Shown: positions 12,431 to 25,659 of the stretch, in pieces
Layout: each line of letters starts with the position of its first letter
Position numbering within the stretch: position 1 is the first letter of the stretch
From: Eledone cirrhosa
Lineage: Eukaryota
Direction: 5' to 3'
DNA: 64,000 nucleotides
Assembly: GCA_964016885.1 (NCBI GenBank)
Contig: OZ024741.1
Coordinates: 397,048,001-397,112,000 of the forward strand
Notes under the pieces: model-generated
Databases searched by the model: none
The model's input: only the letters and a program-made list of their open reading frames with translations
What the model was told of the DNA's origin: nothing
Made by a program: the position numbers and the translations under genes

Positions 12431-14689
12431 TTTAACGAAGGGTTATTAGTTAAAATAACATGGTTGTTTTCTTTTTTTTATGGATTAACATAGTTATTAG
12501 ATGAAATAACAAAATAAATGAGTTACGTTATATATAAGTCAAAAAGAACAATAATCAAGTTACCACGTGTTGCAAAGGTTGACAATGTTATTTTGTTGTT
12601 GATGTGAAAACAGCGAGCGGCCAGATAAAATTTGTTGTTGGTTCATGAGGCTGGTTTAGTCTGCGACCAGGAGAGAAAGAAAGTAATGGTCTGTAGTTGG
12701 CTGTAGACCACTGTGGCCTGCAGATAGCGGTGAATCTTTACATAGCTTGTTGTAGGCGTAATGCTCCGATCTCTCTGTATCTAAGGTGGGAAAATATAGG
12801 CTTTATATACCTGTCGCTTTCTGTCTCCCACCTTGAGGGGATAACCCACGCATGAACCTGTTCACACCAAAAGGGTGGTGACCTAGAGTTTGACCTTTAG
12901 GTGTCACCCAAGGTTCAAAGCGTGAACAGATTTCGCTACATTAGTTCCCTACCCAGATCGATGCAGGAGGAGCGATCGATTATAAAAGGGGTAGCGAAAT
13001 CTGATTCTAGAAGCGTGTCCCAAAACACACAAAATGTGGGTACTCCGCCCGCATTTCGAGTGTAGAGAAATTTGGAGAGAGAAAAAGAAATATTGTATAA
13101 CTGTGTATGCATGTGTGTGTGTGTAACATTTAGAAGAAACTGTAAATATACAAAGTTGTGACCATGTATTTCGAACTGTTGTGTATGGATGGATGGACGT
13201 TGGGTTTACGGTATCGGATTACGATATGATAACACAGAGGACTATTTCTCTCGATGTATCATCATACGTAAGATTCTTTTCCAGTGAGTCGAAGTTTATG
13301 CTATGACATGAGTGAGTGCAATTTTGAGTTGCGTGCTCAGTGAGTCGAGCGAGTAGTAACCGTGGGTTGATTATCATGTGTTTAATAGCTGTTGCCGAAC
13401 TTCGACCAGTTGAATCTTGATGTATTATCATACGTAAGATGCTTTTCTAGTGAGTCGAGGTTTATGCTATGCCATGAGTGAGTGCAATTTTGAGTTGCGT
13501 GCTTGAGTTAGTTCAAGCTAGTAGTAACCGTGGGTTGTTTTTACCATGTGCTTAATAGCTGTTGCCGTACCTCGACCAGTTGAAAAGTGATCTCGCTGAG
13601 ACCCAACCGAATCCAGAATATACCATAGACAAAAACATGTTGGTGTGTGGCAAAGAAAATAATGTTTGTTTGATGCAAAAGGTGTATGTTGATACAGGCA
13701 TATAATATAGTGAAACAAATAAAAAAAAGAAATGAACATTCATATATAACCTGTAAAAAAAAAAAATTATTTATATGATTGTTCTTTACAACAAATTCGG
13801 TTTTCTCTTTTTTATGTGATGCTTTTCTTGCTAGGAAGCTAGTAGTATTGTCTGTTGTTGTTGAGATTACGAAGCAAGTGGTGAAGTGTTTGAAAAATCA
13901 AAGCGAAGTTACTGGAAATATTCCGTAGAATGGAAGTTTGTGGTGAATAATTTTAAAAAGTGAAGTTTTATTATATCGTAGAATATAGATGAGAAGCTTG
14001 GTAAGAGAAAGTTGTTGATATTGGCAAAAGAGGCTATGATCAGATCAAAAAGGCTGCGTGTTTTTTTTTTTTAAATACCACTTCGCATTATTTTCTTTTT
14101 TTTAAAATCACGTCGGGTTCACCAATTTAACGAAGGGTTATTAGTTAAAATAACATGGTTGTTTTTTTTTAATGGATTAACATAGTTATTAGATGAAATA
14201 AGAATAAATGATTTACTTTATATATAAAGGTTTACTTCACTTGAGTCAAAAAGAAGAATAAACATGAGTAAAAAAGAACAATAATCAAGTTACCACGTGT
14301 TGCAAAGGTTGACAATGTTATTTTGTTGTTGATGTGAAAACAGCGAGCGGCCAGATAAAATTTGTTGTTGGTTCATGAGGCTGGTTTAGTCTGCGACCAG
14401 GAGAGAAAGAAAGTAATGGTCTGTAGACCTCTGAATGGTCTGTAGTTGGCTGTAGACCACTGTGTCCTGCAGATAGCGGTGAATCTTTACATAGCTTGTT
14501 GTAGGCGTAATGCTCCGATCTCTCTGTATCTAAGGTGGGAAAATATAGGCTTTATATACCTGTCGCTCTCTGTCTCCCACCTTGAGGGGATAACCCACGC
14601 ATGAACCTGTTCACACTAAAAGGGTGATGACCTAGAGCTTGACCTTTAGGTGTCACTCAAGGTTCAAGGCGTGGTCAGATCTCGCTACA
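12431..14689 (-). mobile_element. Complete non-autonomous Gypsy-type LTR retroelement
   Basis: Direct repeats 12431-12940 and 14126-14689, both starting TGTAGCG on the minus strand; PBS 14105-14124; PPT-like gggtagggaactaa before the 3' LTR; TSD CATA at 12427-12430 and 14690-14693; no internal coding capacity. Confidence 0.85.
14105..14124 (-). other. Primer-binding site complementary to tRNA-Trp
   Basis: Plus strand aaatcacgtcgggttcacca versus the metazoan tRNA-Trp 3' end AAATCACGTCGGGGTCACCA as recalled; 1 nt from the LTR. Confidence 0.8.
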
Positions 14690-15152
14690 CATATACACTC
14701 ATACACACATATATATTATGTATAAATATTTATATATACATACATACAAGTGTGCATTGTAATATTTCTAAATTGATCTACAGACTAACACTGTTGCTAT
14801 ACAAATCAATTATTGATTTTACGCATATGTTTGATGCTGTGTTCGATTAACTGGTCAGCCGGGACTATTTACATTCACCAAAAGAAATGGCCTGAGATTC
14901 AAGTAATCACTAATTACTGGTCTTACAAGAGCCGGAGGTGCAGTCTCTCGATTAAAACTCGTTTATTAATTGCCTGGTTTCATATATTTCGAGATAAATA
15001 TGAATTGAGCCCACTGTTGTATTTAGACCTTGAGGGGACAGGGGTAATTCAGATTTGTGGGGCCCATCGTACACAAATTAGAATACACAACATCCTCCCC
15101 CTCCAAAAAAAATTTTACATATCAAAGTCTATTATTTGGAACAACCACGTGA

Positions 15153-15340
15153 AGGCGGTGGATTGGCAGTATCGGTAGAGGGCCGGATGCCATGCTTTGA
15201 AACATAGAGTTAACTCCCTGTATGATCTGAGTTCAAATCCCGCCGAGGTTCACTTTGTCTTTCATCCTTCCGGGGTCGATAAAATAAAGTACCAGTAATG
15301 CACTGGGTAATTGCTGGCCTTGTGCCAAAAGTAGAAACAA
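15153..15340 (+). mobile_element. tRNA-derived SINE (main family), full length with 18-bp TSD
   Basis: A-box-like tggcagtatcgg, B-box gagttcaaatcc; TSD attatttggaacaaccac at 15131-15148 and 15340-15357. Other approximate copies: 2820-3017(-), 16864-17050, 20869-21060, 27738-27918(-), 30348-30515, 32943-33125, 39053-39425 (two), 40168-40375(-), 44920-45260(-, two), 61040-61261(-). Confidence 0.9.
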
Positions 15341-15469
15341 TTATTTGGAACAACCACTACTTTTACTCAGTTTCTCTTTAGGACTACAAGTATAGAATGA
15401 ATCATATTTAACTGGGTGATGTCTAAAAACATCTGACTGATAAAATGACAAGTCAGTCAGTCATGACGA

Positions 15470-15617
15470 TGGCCTCCCCACAGCCCCGGCGGACAGTATG
15501 GAGAAAGCGTTTCCCCGGAGGACGGCAAGGGAGACGCGCTGGAAAAGCCATTCCAGCCCGCGGGGCTCACACCTGCGGCTGGCCAGCTCAGCGCCTATGG
15601 TGGTGAGTATGGAGGTA
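15470..15617 (-). mobile_element. CRE-like LINE 3' fragment
   Basis: Reverse complement of about 26105-26245. Confidence 0.75.
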
Positions 15618-15627
15618 TCTCTCTCTC

Positions 15628-15674
<47 letters not shown>

Positions 15675-15794
15675 TTATATAAATATATATATATATATAT
15701 TTAAAGGTTAAACAAGGTTCAATGAATAAATCAAAGAATGAGTTTTACAATAGATTGGAAGCACTCAACAAAAATGGTTTTCCAGAGTTATTAA

Positions 15795-16117
15795 TATTAA
15801 TTCAAAATATTAACAAAATAGATATTCTTGTGATCAAGTATATTTTATTATACATATTTCAGAGGTACTGAGTTAAGTTCAACAGTACGTCCTCATCAGA
15901 TAAAATAAGATGATGCATGACATACCCTGACATAGTAGATGGTTAAAATTCATGACTACCATGACTGAATCTTAACCATCTACTATGTCAGGGTATGTCA
16001 TGCATCATCTTATTTTATCTGATGAGGACGTACTGTTGAAGATAGCTCAGTACCTCGGAAATATGTATAATAAAATATACTTGATCACACGAATATCTAT
16101 TTTTGTTAATATTTTGA

Positions 16118-16120
<3 letters not shown>
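15795..16120. repeat. Fold-back of an HHR-bearing unit (family C)
   Basis: About 150-bp inverted arms centred near 15955, each carrying the HHR motif. Confidence 0.85.
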
Positions 16121-16161
<41 letters not shown>

Positions 16162-17604
16162 GCAAAATTAAAACTTTAAGCTTTAAAGAAAGTTTCCAGT
16201 CCGTTCTTTTTTAATGAATATTTAACTCCGTTCCTGCATCAACCACGGGATACAGCTACGATGGATGAGTTGCAAAACGTCGAGTGCTTTAATGTATTAC
16301 ATCAACGTTTACAACCGGAATCACAAGTTCTACCCATTGATAAACTGCATCACATAATGCCCATTTTTTCTGTTATTGGGGTTTGTATGCCCTAATATTA
16401 AACTACTTTCTCTAGTAAATTTACGGTGTGACCTCTGTATATATTCTCCCATTTCTTTCTCTCTGCCAACACATCTCCCTATATTTTCCACTCTCTCTAG
16501 CGAAAAGTTTCAACAACAGAACCTTCTAGATGTTTTACAGCTTCCCTTCTTTCCTATTTTCCTTTTATTTTTCATCATCTTATGACATAATCTGCCCCCC
16601 CCCCCCTCCCATTTTCCTTCTATATTTCAATTATTTTCCCATTTTTAATTTTTTTTTATAACGTGTCTCACTGGCTCTTTTTGAATACCAACTGTAAGGA
16701 GTACTCAATACTTTCACTAGTTTGTCGTGGCTTACTAGCTCTATACGGACGTTTAAATTGAATAAATAAATAAATAAATGAAGTCTTCTGTGTTCTGCAC
16801 AAAATGTTAAACAACTCCTCTTCTTCCCAACAAAATAATTTATTATTCTTTTTTATTATTTTTGTGGATTGGCAGTATCAGTAGAAGGTCGGACGCCATG
16901 CTTTCTAGCATAGTTACGTCCCTTTACGGTCTGAGTTCAAATCCCGCCGAGGTTAATTTTGCCTTTCATCCTTACGGGGTCGATAAAATAAAGTACCAGT
17001 AATGTACTGGTTAATTGCTGGCCTTGTGCCAAAAGTAGAAACAATTATTATTATTGTTATTATATCATGATATTTTGTTGTTAGTATTTACCGACAGTCT
17101 GTCACAGTCTTAGTTTCCTTGGATTCTATTTCATTATAACATAAAATATATTGGTTACAACAGGCTCCATACATTGGCTGGGTATATACTCGTATATCCA
17201 ACAAAAGGAGGCAATCACTTATTGAGGAAAGGTATTGATTTCTTCTGAAATTTTATGGTTGTCGAGAATGGGAATGTGATATGTTTTCTTCTTTCTCAAT
17301 ACTCCCAATATTCTGCCACCCCTTCCTCTCTCCTCCCTCACCTCACCCGCTCCTCCAGTGAAAACTTTGTATGGTTTAATTAATTACGTGAGTAAAGAGG
17401 CCCGGGTTTATAAAGGGAGTTAACTGTGATATTGACTGACTTTCAGAATTTGTTGTAACTTGGACATGAAACCGTGTTGTGAATTAGAGTTGTCAGGAGT
17501 TTACTGACGAATAGTTGTCTATGAAACCAAAATGTTGAGTTTATATATGTATATATATATATATATATATTGGAAAATGTGTGTAATCCTTGGTACAGTT
17601 AGGT

Positions 17605-17897
17605 ATATTAAGACAGGGGGGGAAGAAAAAATGGCTTCACTTGTGCTTTCAACAAATTTATTTTCTTCACAAAATCCAAAAAGAATTTTTTTCCGGATTA
17701 GAAAAAAATTTTTCTTAAAAAAAAAAAAAATGATTTTATAAATTAAATTAACCAACAACTTAATTTATAAAATAATTTTTTTTTTTTAAGAAAAACATTT
17801 TTTCTAATCCGGAAAAAAATTCTTTTGGATTTTGTGAAGAAATAAATTTGTTGAAAGCACAAGTGAAGCCATTTTTTCTTCCCCCCTGTCTTAATAT
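17605..17897. repeat. About 290-bp fold-back palindrome between (TA)n tracts
   Basis: taagacagggggg...ccccctgtctta arms, nearly perfect. Confidence 0.85.
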
Positions 17898-17908
17898 ATA
17901 TATATAGA

Positions 17909-18001
<93 letters not shown>

Positions 18002-18120
18002 CTAATCTAAGGCGGGTAAAATTCCCGAGATCCATGGACGAGTTCTCTCCAGCGGTCTCTGTCCCCCATTATCGCTGCCATATCCTGCATCTCCAACAGA
18101 CCAGTGTCTGTCCTTAGGGC
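18002..18120 (-). mobile_element. RTE/RTEX-like LINE 3' end
   Basis: [29 protein letters not shown]-terminal motif followed by a short TTAGA tail. Confidence 0.55.
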
Positions 18121-18137
18121 ATATATATACATATATG

Positions 18138-18195
<58 letters not shown>

Positions 18196-18293
18196 TATAT
18201 ATATAAATACATACACACTCACACACACGCTCACAGACACTCTCTCTCTCTCACACATACACACGCATGCACACACACACACACACGCACACG

Positions 18294-18337
<44 letters not shown>

Positions 18338-18742
18338 AGCAGGCAAACTTTTCGATAAACTGAAGATTGAAAGACTGATAGACTAAATAGGAAAAAATGA
18401 ACAACAAAATGGCGGAATACTTCTTACGGCGGAAAGAAGTAAAAAGTGTAAAGAAATGAAATATAAAGTAAATATTTGCTAAGAATAACAACAAAGGAAC
18501 TAGCTTGAATGGACGACATGGAGTTGGCGTCGATGTGAGAGGTTTGTAGTAGAAACACTATATGTATATTTATTGTAGAAGTTGTGTGTAGGAGTATTGA
18601 GATAATAACAGCACAGAAACTGATCACACCCTAGCAACTCATTAGCATAATATTCATATCACCATGGTCACTGAATCTCACAGACCAATAATATTTCTGC
18701 TTTTATCTGCAAGCTTTGTTACTTTGTTAGGTTGGAACAGTC

Positions 18743-19350
18743 AACGCTAGCAATCAATAGAATTACACGACGTTAGACTTGTACGTAGGATTTTATGCTA
18801 ACGTTAGCAATCAATAGAATTACACGACGTTAGACTTGTACGTAGGATTTTACGTTAACGTTAGCAATCAATAGAATTACACGACGTTAGACTTGTACGT
18901 AGGATTTTATGCTAACGTTAGCAATCTTTAAAATTAGAAGACGTTAGATTTCGTACGTAGGATTTTACATTAACGTCAACAATCCAATATATTTGAACTA
19001 CGCTGGATTTGTAAGTAGATTTCTACGTTGACGTCAGCAATACAAAATGTTAATTTACGTTAGCAATCCAATATAATTACAGGACGTTAGATTTATACGT
19101 AGATTACTACGTTAACGTCAACAATCCAAGACATTAGTTTACGCTAGTAATCTATAGAATTACAAGATGTTACATTTATACGTCGGGTTTTGCGTTAACG
19201 TTAACAGTCCAATATATTACACGTCATTAAACTTGTACGTAGATTTCTACGTTAACGTCAGCAATTGAAGACATTATTTTATGTTAGCAATCCAGTGTAA
19301 TAACAAGATGTTAGATTTTGTACGTAAGGTTTTACGTTAACGTTAGCGAT
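18743..19350. repeat. 57-bp minisatellite decaying rightwards
   Basis: aacgttagcaatcaatagaattacacgacgttagacttgtacgtaggatttt units at 18743, 18800, 18857, 18914. Confidence 0.85.
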
Positions 19351-20434
19351 ATAATACCCTTGCAACACTCATGTTGGGTCGTTGAAACATCATTATAAAC
19401 CTTGTATATACATCACCACAATCAGATAGTGATGTTAAACCGGGCAACGAATTAAGTATGTATGTATAGAGCCGTAACTCCTGAGGTGGTGGTAGGGTCG
19501 CTGCATTGACATACGGCATTTTATAGCATTTTGAAAACTGGCGAAACCCATCCCTTCTCCAGATCTGAATACAGTAGATTTCTTCTAGAGAACCATAAAG
19601 AAAGGGAGAAAATGGAAGTGAGATAAAGATATAGAGGAAAAATCAACCCCAGTACTAGACTGGTACATTTTTTATAGATCTCGAATAGACGAAAGGCAAA
19701 GCGGACCTTGGTGGGATTTGAACTCAGAGAGCCGAAAGCCGAAACGAATACTGCAGAGCATTCTATCTGACATTCTAATGGCTCTGCCAATCCGCCGGAT
19801 TAAACATACCACCTTAAAATCTGATCAATGTTCTTTTTTTTTTTAAACAGAGGAAATTTGGTTCTTATTCCCATCAAATAAGGTGACAATATAGAGTTAC
19901 TCGTTTTGGTTGGTGAGAGACAGTTATATATATATATATAAATATGTCTATGATGAACACCCATACATATGTGAAACATGGGTGTGGCTATATTATTTCT
20001 TAGTCTATGATTAGTTACCCTAGACTGTTGTTGTATTTAGCCCCAGGTCATCTCTAAGATTCATCAAACCTGTAAACATACCACTGTGTGCTCTGAATGT
20101 GGCGTGTGTGTGTGTGAGTGTGTGTGAGTGCGTGTGAATGTGTATGAATGTGTGTGAAATGTGCATATCATCACTTTTTTTTCATTCACTCTATTTTCTT
20201 TGTAAACCCACACATATTTTGTAACCTGACCTTGTAATGTCTTCTCACCCATCGTTCTTGCTGCAATACTAAGAAAGAATTATCATAATTATTATTACAT
20301 TACAGAGCACAACTCTGTGCACTGTGGGTACGTGTTGTTTCTATGGTGTTCGTAATATGTGTACAGTCCATAGTAGTCTTATTTTTGTATGTTGTATATA
20401 TTTGTATGTCATGGGAATTTGTTTATGTGTCTGA

Positions 20435-20868
20435 AAACCCACACTGTACCGTCCTGTGCCGTCTTTATTGTTTTCTTGATGTGGGCTCTGTGTGTCTAAA
20501 ACAGAAGCCATTATTATAAATAGGGCGGAGAAGGAAATGCTACCGTCCAACCAGTTTATTGACAGGTGGGTGAGAGAGGTGAGCATAGTCCGAAAGAATG
20601 GACTTGCTCTGAGTATGTGCCTGTAAATTGGAGGAGAACATCTGAAGGACGGCCCTTGCCCTAGCGGTCAAGGTTACTCTGTTTTTTTTGTGGGCTCTCT
20701 CCATGAGTGATCCTCGGAGGTTCCTCACTTTTGGGGAATTTTAAATGTTTATTTTTTAGTCTTCTTTATAAACCTTTCTCCCTCACACAAAAATCCCACA
20801 CTGTACTGTTCTGTACCGTCCTTATTGTCCTCTTAATATAAGTCCTGTGTGGCTAATAAAGAAACCAT
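20435..20868 (+). mobile_element. Two tandem LINE-like 3' tails
   Basis: cccacactgtac...ctgtgtg.ctaa.a.agaa.cca at about 20440-20510 and 20795-20867; resembles the Tx1-like tails in this window. Confidence 0.4.
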
Positions 20869-21084
20869 GGCGGTGGATTGGCAGTATCGGTAGAGGGTCG
20901 GACGCCATGCTTTGCAGCATAGAGTTATGGCCCTTTATGATCTGAGTTCAAATCCCGCCGAAGTTAACTTTGCCTTTCATCCTTACGGGTCGATAAAATA
21001 AAGTACCAGTAATGCACTGGGATATTTGCTGGCCTTGTGCCAAAAGTAGAAATAATAATTATTATTATTATTATTATTATTGTT

Positions 21085-21912
21085 ATTGTTCTTTGAGTCT
21101 CAGTCATTGATGTTATTTAACTGGAAAGTTTGTTGAAATGAATATCAAGCCACTACCTGCAGCCTCAGATATTCAGGACGTATCGGAGGGTTCTTGCTGT
21201 TCCCAGCAAGCATGCCTTTTGAAGTGTTCCAAAAAGCGGGGCTGAACTAATCTTCTTTAACCATCCTTGGAAACTCTTTGAGATAGTACCTAGTGCGCCT
21301 ATGACAATCGGGACGACTCTGACTTCATGGCAGTTCCAAATCCTTTTTACCTCCCACTTTAAGTCCTGGTATCGGTTAATTTTCTCCCTCTCCTTTTCTT
21401 GCACTCTCGTGTGAAAGGGGCAGGCACGATCTTTTTTCCTTGTCCAAAACCACCAGGTCAGGTCTATTGTGTTCCAGTTTCTTGTCCGTCTGTATCCTAA
21501 AATCCCATAGCACCTTCACCTGATCGTTTTCTATCACCGACTCTGGCTTATGCTCATACCACTTCTCAGAATGTGGTAAATTGTTTACCTTGCATAGGTG
21601 CCAGTGGATCACCCTGCCCATCACATCATGTCTCCAGCCTTTATAGTGAGTCTGGGCTAGGTGTTTACACTCGGATACAATGTGAGCCACAGTCTCCTCT
21701 CTCTCTCCACAGATCCTACACAGTGGGCTAACCTCCTCCTTGTAAATATGGTGTTTCACCCACTTCGTTTTGAGTGCCTGCTCTTGCGCAGCCATTAGCA
21801 TTCCTTCTGTAGCCTTTTTAAGGTCTCCTCTTTTTAACCAGTTCTATGTCTGTGGATCTCTAAATTCAGTTTTCTCAAAGAAGGTACTATGAAGGGATTT
21901 TTCATGAAGGCT
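21085..21912 (-). mobile_element. 5'-truncated R4/Dong-clade LINE (restriction-like endonuclease), frameshifted
   Basis: AAQEQAL, CRICGEREETVAHIVSEC zinc knuckle, RHD, WDF, RPDLVV, EK..RY.DL..E, VVPIVIGALG; flanked on both sides by (TTA)n. Confidence 0.9.
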
Positions 21913-22958
21913 TATTATTATTATTATTTCACGTGTACTTTCCCCTTTCCTTCATATTTTCGTTACTACCAATAAACAAACAAGAAATATTTGTTCCCTG
22001 CAAGCTGTCACATATTTATGTTAAATCTGTTCCTTTTAATTTCTGTAAAATTTTCAAAAACCCGGTCATGTTTTTGTTTGTCTTGTATGAATGGTCCTGT
22101 AACTCGTGGTCAACTCTTAGGGGCACCATATTGACATACTGCGTTTCATATTGACATCTCTCATGGTCTGAATACAGCAGATTTCTTACGGAGAAGGATA
22201 GAGAGAGTGAAAGAAAGAAAGTGGGAAAGAAATATAGAGGAAGAATCGACTCCAGTACTAGACTGGTACATTTTTTTATCGACCTCGAATGGATGAAGGG
22301 CAAAGTTGACTTCGGCGGGATTTGAACTCAGAGAGCAGCGAGCCGTATTGATTAGTGCAAACCGTTCTATCTGACGTTCTAACGACTCTACACCATCTGT
22401 AATATAAAATGGGTAGGCTGCAAATTGGCAGAGTCGTTAGAACATCACAGACCTGTCAACTCTTCACGTCTGACGGGGAAGTCTCCCACCCACTTTGGGG
22501 TAGGTGAGAGATCTCTTCCCTTGTGAAAAATGGGTATAGCTTTTATTACGTAAAATCTCCCCCATTTTGCCCCATTTGTCCCCGTTTTAGGACACCTTTT
22601 CTAATGGTACGCTCCGTTTGGGTTTTTAGAGGTTGGCAGATCTGACGTCGGAATATTTTGTAGTATTCAATTCGGCTCTTTTCTCTCTCTTGAGTTCAAA
22701 TCCCAATTCCCTACCGCTAGGTAAAGTAGATCTCGGTGAGATTTGAGCTCAGAGAGAAGAAAGGCTGAACAAAAACCATAAAGCATTCTATGTGATATTC
22801 TAATGACTGCCAATTCCCCGCCTGCCTATACATTTTTGTTTGTTTTAAGGTGTTTTATTTTTCTTTGCTCAAGGAAGTCTGGAGATGGATCAAGTTTTGA
22901 AGGTGAACATGTATGGGTGTGGCTCTCCCAATGATTCATGGTTGACGGTTCTATATAT

Positions 22959-23068
<110 letters not shown>

Positions 23069-23101
23069 GTGTGTGCGTGTGTGTGTGTGTACGCATGTAT
23101 G

Positions 23102-23209
<108 letters not shown>

Positions 23210-23243
23210 TGTGCGTGTGTGTGTGTGTACGCATGTATGTATG

Positions 23244-23304
<61 letters not shown>

Positions 23305-23431
23305 GTATATACATACATATATATATATATGTATGTATATATATATGTATATATATATATACATATATACATACATACTTATATATACATAAATATATAT
23401 ATATATATATGTATATACATACATGGTTGAC

Positions 23432-23468
<37 letters not shown>

Positions 23469-23507
23469 ATATATATATATATTTATATATATATATACAT
23501 ATACATA

Positions 23508-23542
<35 letters not shown>

Positions 23543-23765
23543 TCTTTAATTTCTTTAAAGACTACAAATATCTGTTTCCAATATCCTTTAACTGATCTGC
23601 CATCTTTTCACATCTTTCGCACCTCTACAACACACGATCTTATCATAATTCACTTTTCATTTCTTATCTTTCTCTTTCTTTCCCTTTCTCATATTTACTC
23701 TCTCTCTCTCTCCCTCTCCTTCCTTCTCTCTTTCTCTCTATCTCTCTCTCTCCATTTCTTCCTTA

Positions 23766-23797
<32 letters not shown>

Positions 23798-24039
23798 TTC
23801 CTCTCCTCTTTCATCTCTCTCTTTCTCTCCGCCCTCTCTCTCTCTTCCTCTCTCTTTCTTTCTCTTTCTCTCTGCCGTCTTTCTTCCCCTTCCGTCTCTC
23901 TCCCTCTTTCCCTTACCTCATTCTCTCCCTCTCCCTCTCCCTCTCTCGCTCTCCACATTCAGGTATTCCGATTACTCAATTAACCCCTATCAGAGACCCA
24001 CCTAATATTTAAGATATATTTTATATATCCTTTCTTAAT

Positions 24040-24511
24040 AATTGTTTTTACTTTTGGCACAAGGCCAGCAATTATCCAGTGTATTACTGGTACTTTATTT
24101 TATCGACTCCGTAAGGATGAAAGGCAAAGTTAACCTCGGCGGGATTTGAACTCATACCGTAAAGGGCCGTAACTCTATGATGCAAATAATGGCGTCCGAC
24201 CCTCTACCGATACTGCCAATCCACCGCCCTAGGATTTATATTTATAATATATGATCTGTGTTATTATTTGATGCATAGAGTTACGGCCCTTGCCATTCTG
24301 AGTTCAAATCCCGCCGAGGTTAACTTTGCCTTTCATCCTTACGGGGTCGATAAAATAAAGTACCAGTAATGTACTGGGTAATTGCTAGCCTTGTGCCAAA
24401 AGTAGAAACAATTATTTTATTGATTTTTATCACTAGAGGAAAAGTGAACCGGTTTCTAACATAGAAACAAGACTCTTACATTGGAATTTACTAAGTAAAT
24501 ATGTCTGTATC

Positions 24512-24562
<51 letters not shown>

Positions 24563-25238
24563 ATGCCTGCGTGTGTATGTGTGTGTGTGCAGGTATAGAT
24601 GTTACTGTATGTGTAGATTTGCTTGTTTTGAGTTATATATATACACATGTATATGTTTCTGTATCTATATATGTATATATACAGTTACTACATGCTGAAT
24701 TTCTGAAATGTTTTATATTTTTACTGTTCCATTAATGGTCTGGACTTGTAACTTCCTAAATAGCCGTGTTCTTTCTGGTTCTATGAAGCCCAGCTTCTCC
24801 TGTTATTGTCGGACACCCCAACCATATTGCCAGTCTACCGCCCTATTACAATATAATAATATTGTTTCTATTCTTGGCACAAGGCCAGCAATTACCCCTG
24901 TGTATTACTGGTACTTTATTTTATCGACCCCGTAAGGATGAAAGGCAAAGTTAACCTCGGCGGGATTTGAACTCATACCGTAAAGGGCCGTAACTCTATG
25001 ATGCAAATAATGGCGTCCGACCCTCTACCGATACTGCCAATCCACCGCCCCAGGATTTATATTTATAATATATGATCTGTGTTATTATTTGATGCATAGA
25101 GTTATGGCCCTTGCCATTCTGAGTTCAAATCCCGCCGAGGATAACTTTGCCTTTCATCCTTACGGGGTCGATAAAATAAAGTACCAGTAATACACTGGGT
25201 GTTTGCGGGCCTTGTGCCAAAAGTAGAAACAATTATTA
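24040..25238. repeat. Head-to-head SINE pair present twice
   Basis: 24040-24418 and 24858-25238 share a minus SINE, the same unique spacer and a 5'-truncated plus SINE. Confidence 0.85.
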
Positions 25239-25239
25239 T

Positions 25240-25575
25240 TATACCTATATAATTGTATATATGTTTGTATATATAATATCAATGTAACTGTATATATGTT
25301 TGTATGTAATATCTTTATAATTGTATATGTTTGTGTATAATATCTATATAATTGTATGTGTTTGTGTATAATATCTTTATAATTGTATATGTTTGTGTAT
25401 AATATCTATATAATTGTATGTGTTTGTGTATAATATATTTATAATTGTATGTGTTTGTATATAATATCTTTATAATTGTATGTGTTTGTATATAATATCA
25501 ATATAATTGTATGTGTTTGTATATAATATCAATATAATTGTATGTGTTTGTATATAATATCAATATAATTGTAGA
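25240..25575. repeat. About 32-bp AT-rich minisatellite (continues at 26370-26650 and 27550-27740)
   Basis: ataattgtatgtgtttgtatataatatc units. Confidence 0.85.
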
Positions 25576-25659
25576 ACTTCACTGAACATGTACTGAGGTC
25601 AATCTTCCTCTTTATCTCTTTCACATTCATTCTCTCACTCTCTCTATCCTTCTCTGGAA

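Noticed and set aside
16255-16290. ggatgagttgcaaaacgtc as an HHR
   Set aside because: Both core boxes are mutated and no adjacent stem I is evident
18743-19350. CRISPR-like array
   Set aside because: Contiguous tandem units without unique spacers, no cas genes, eukaryotic context; the same applies to the other minisatellites
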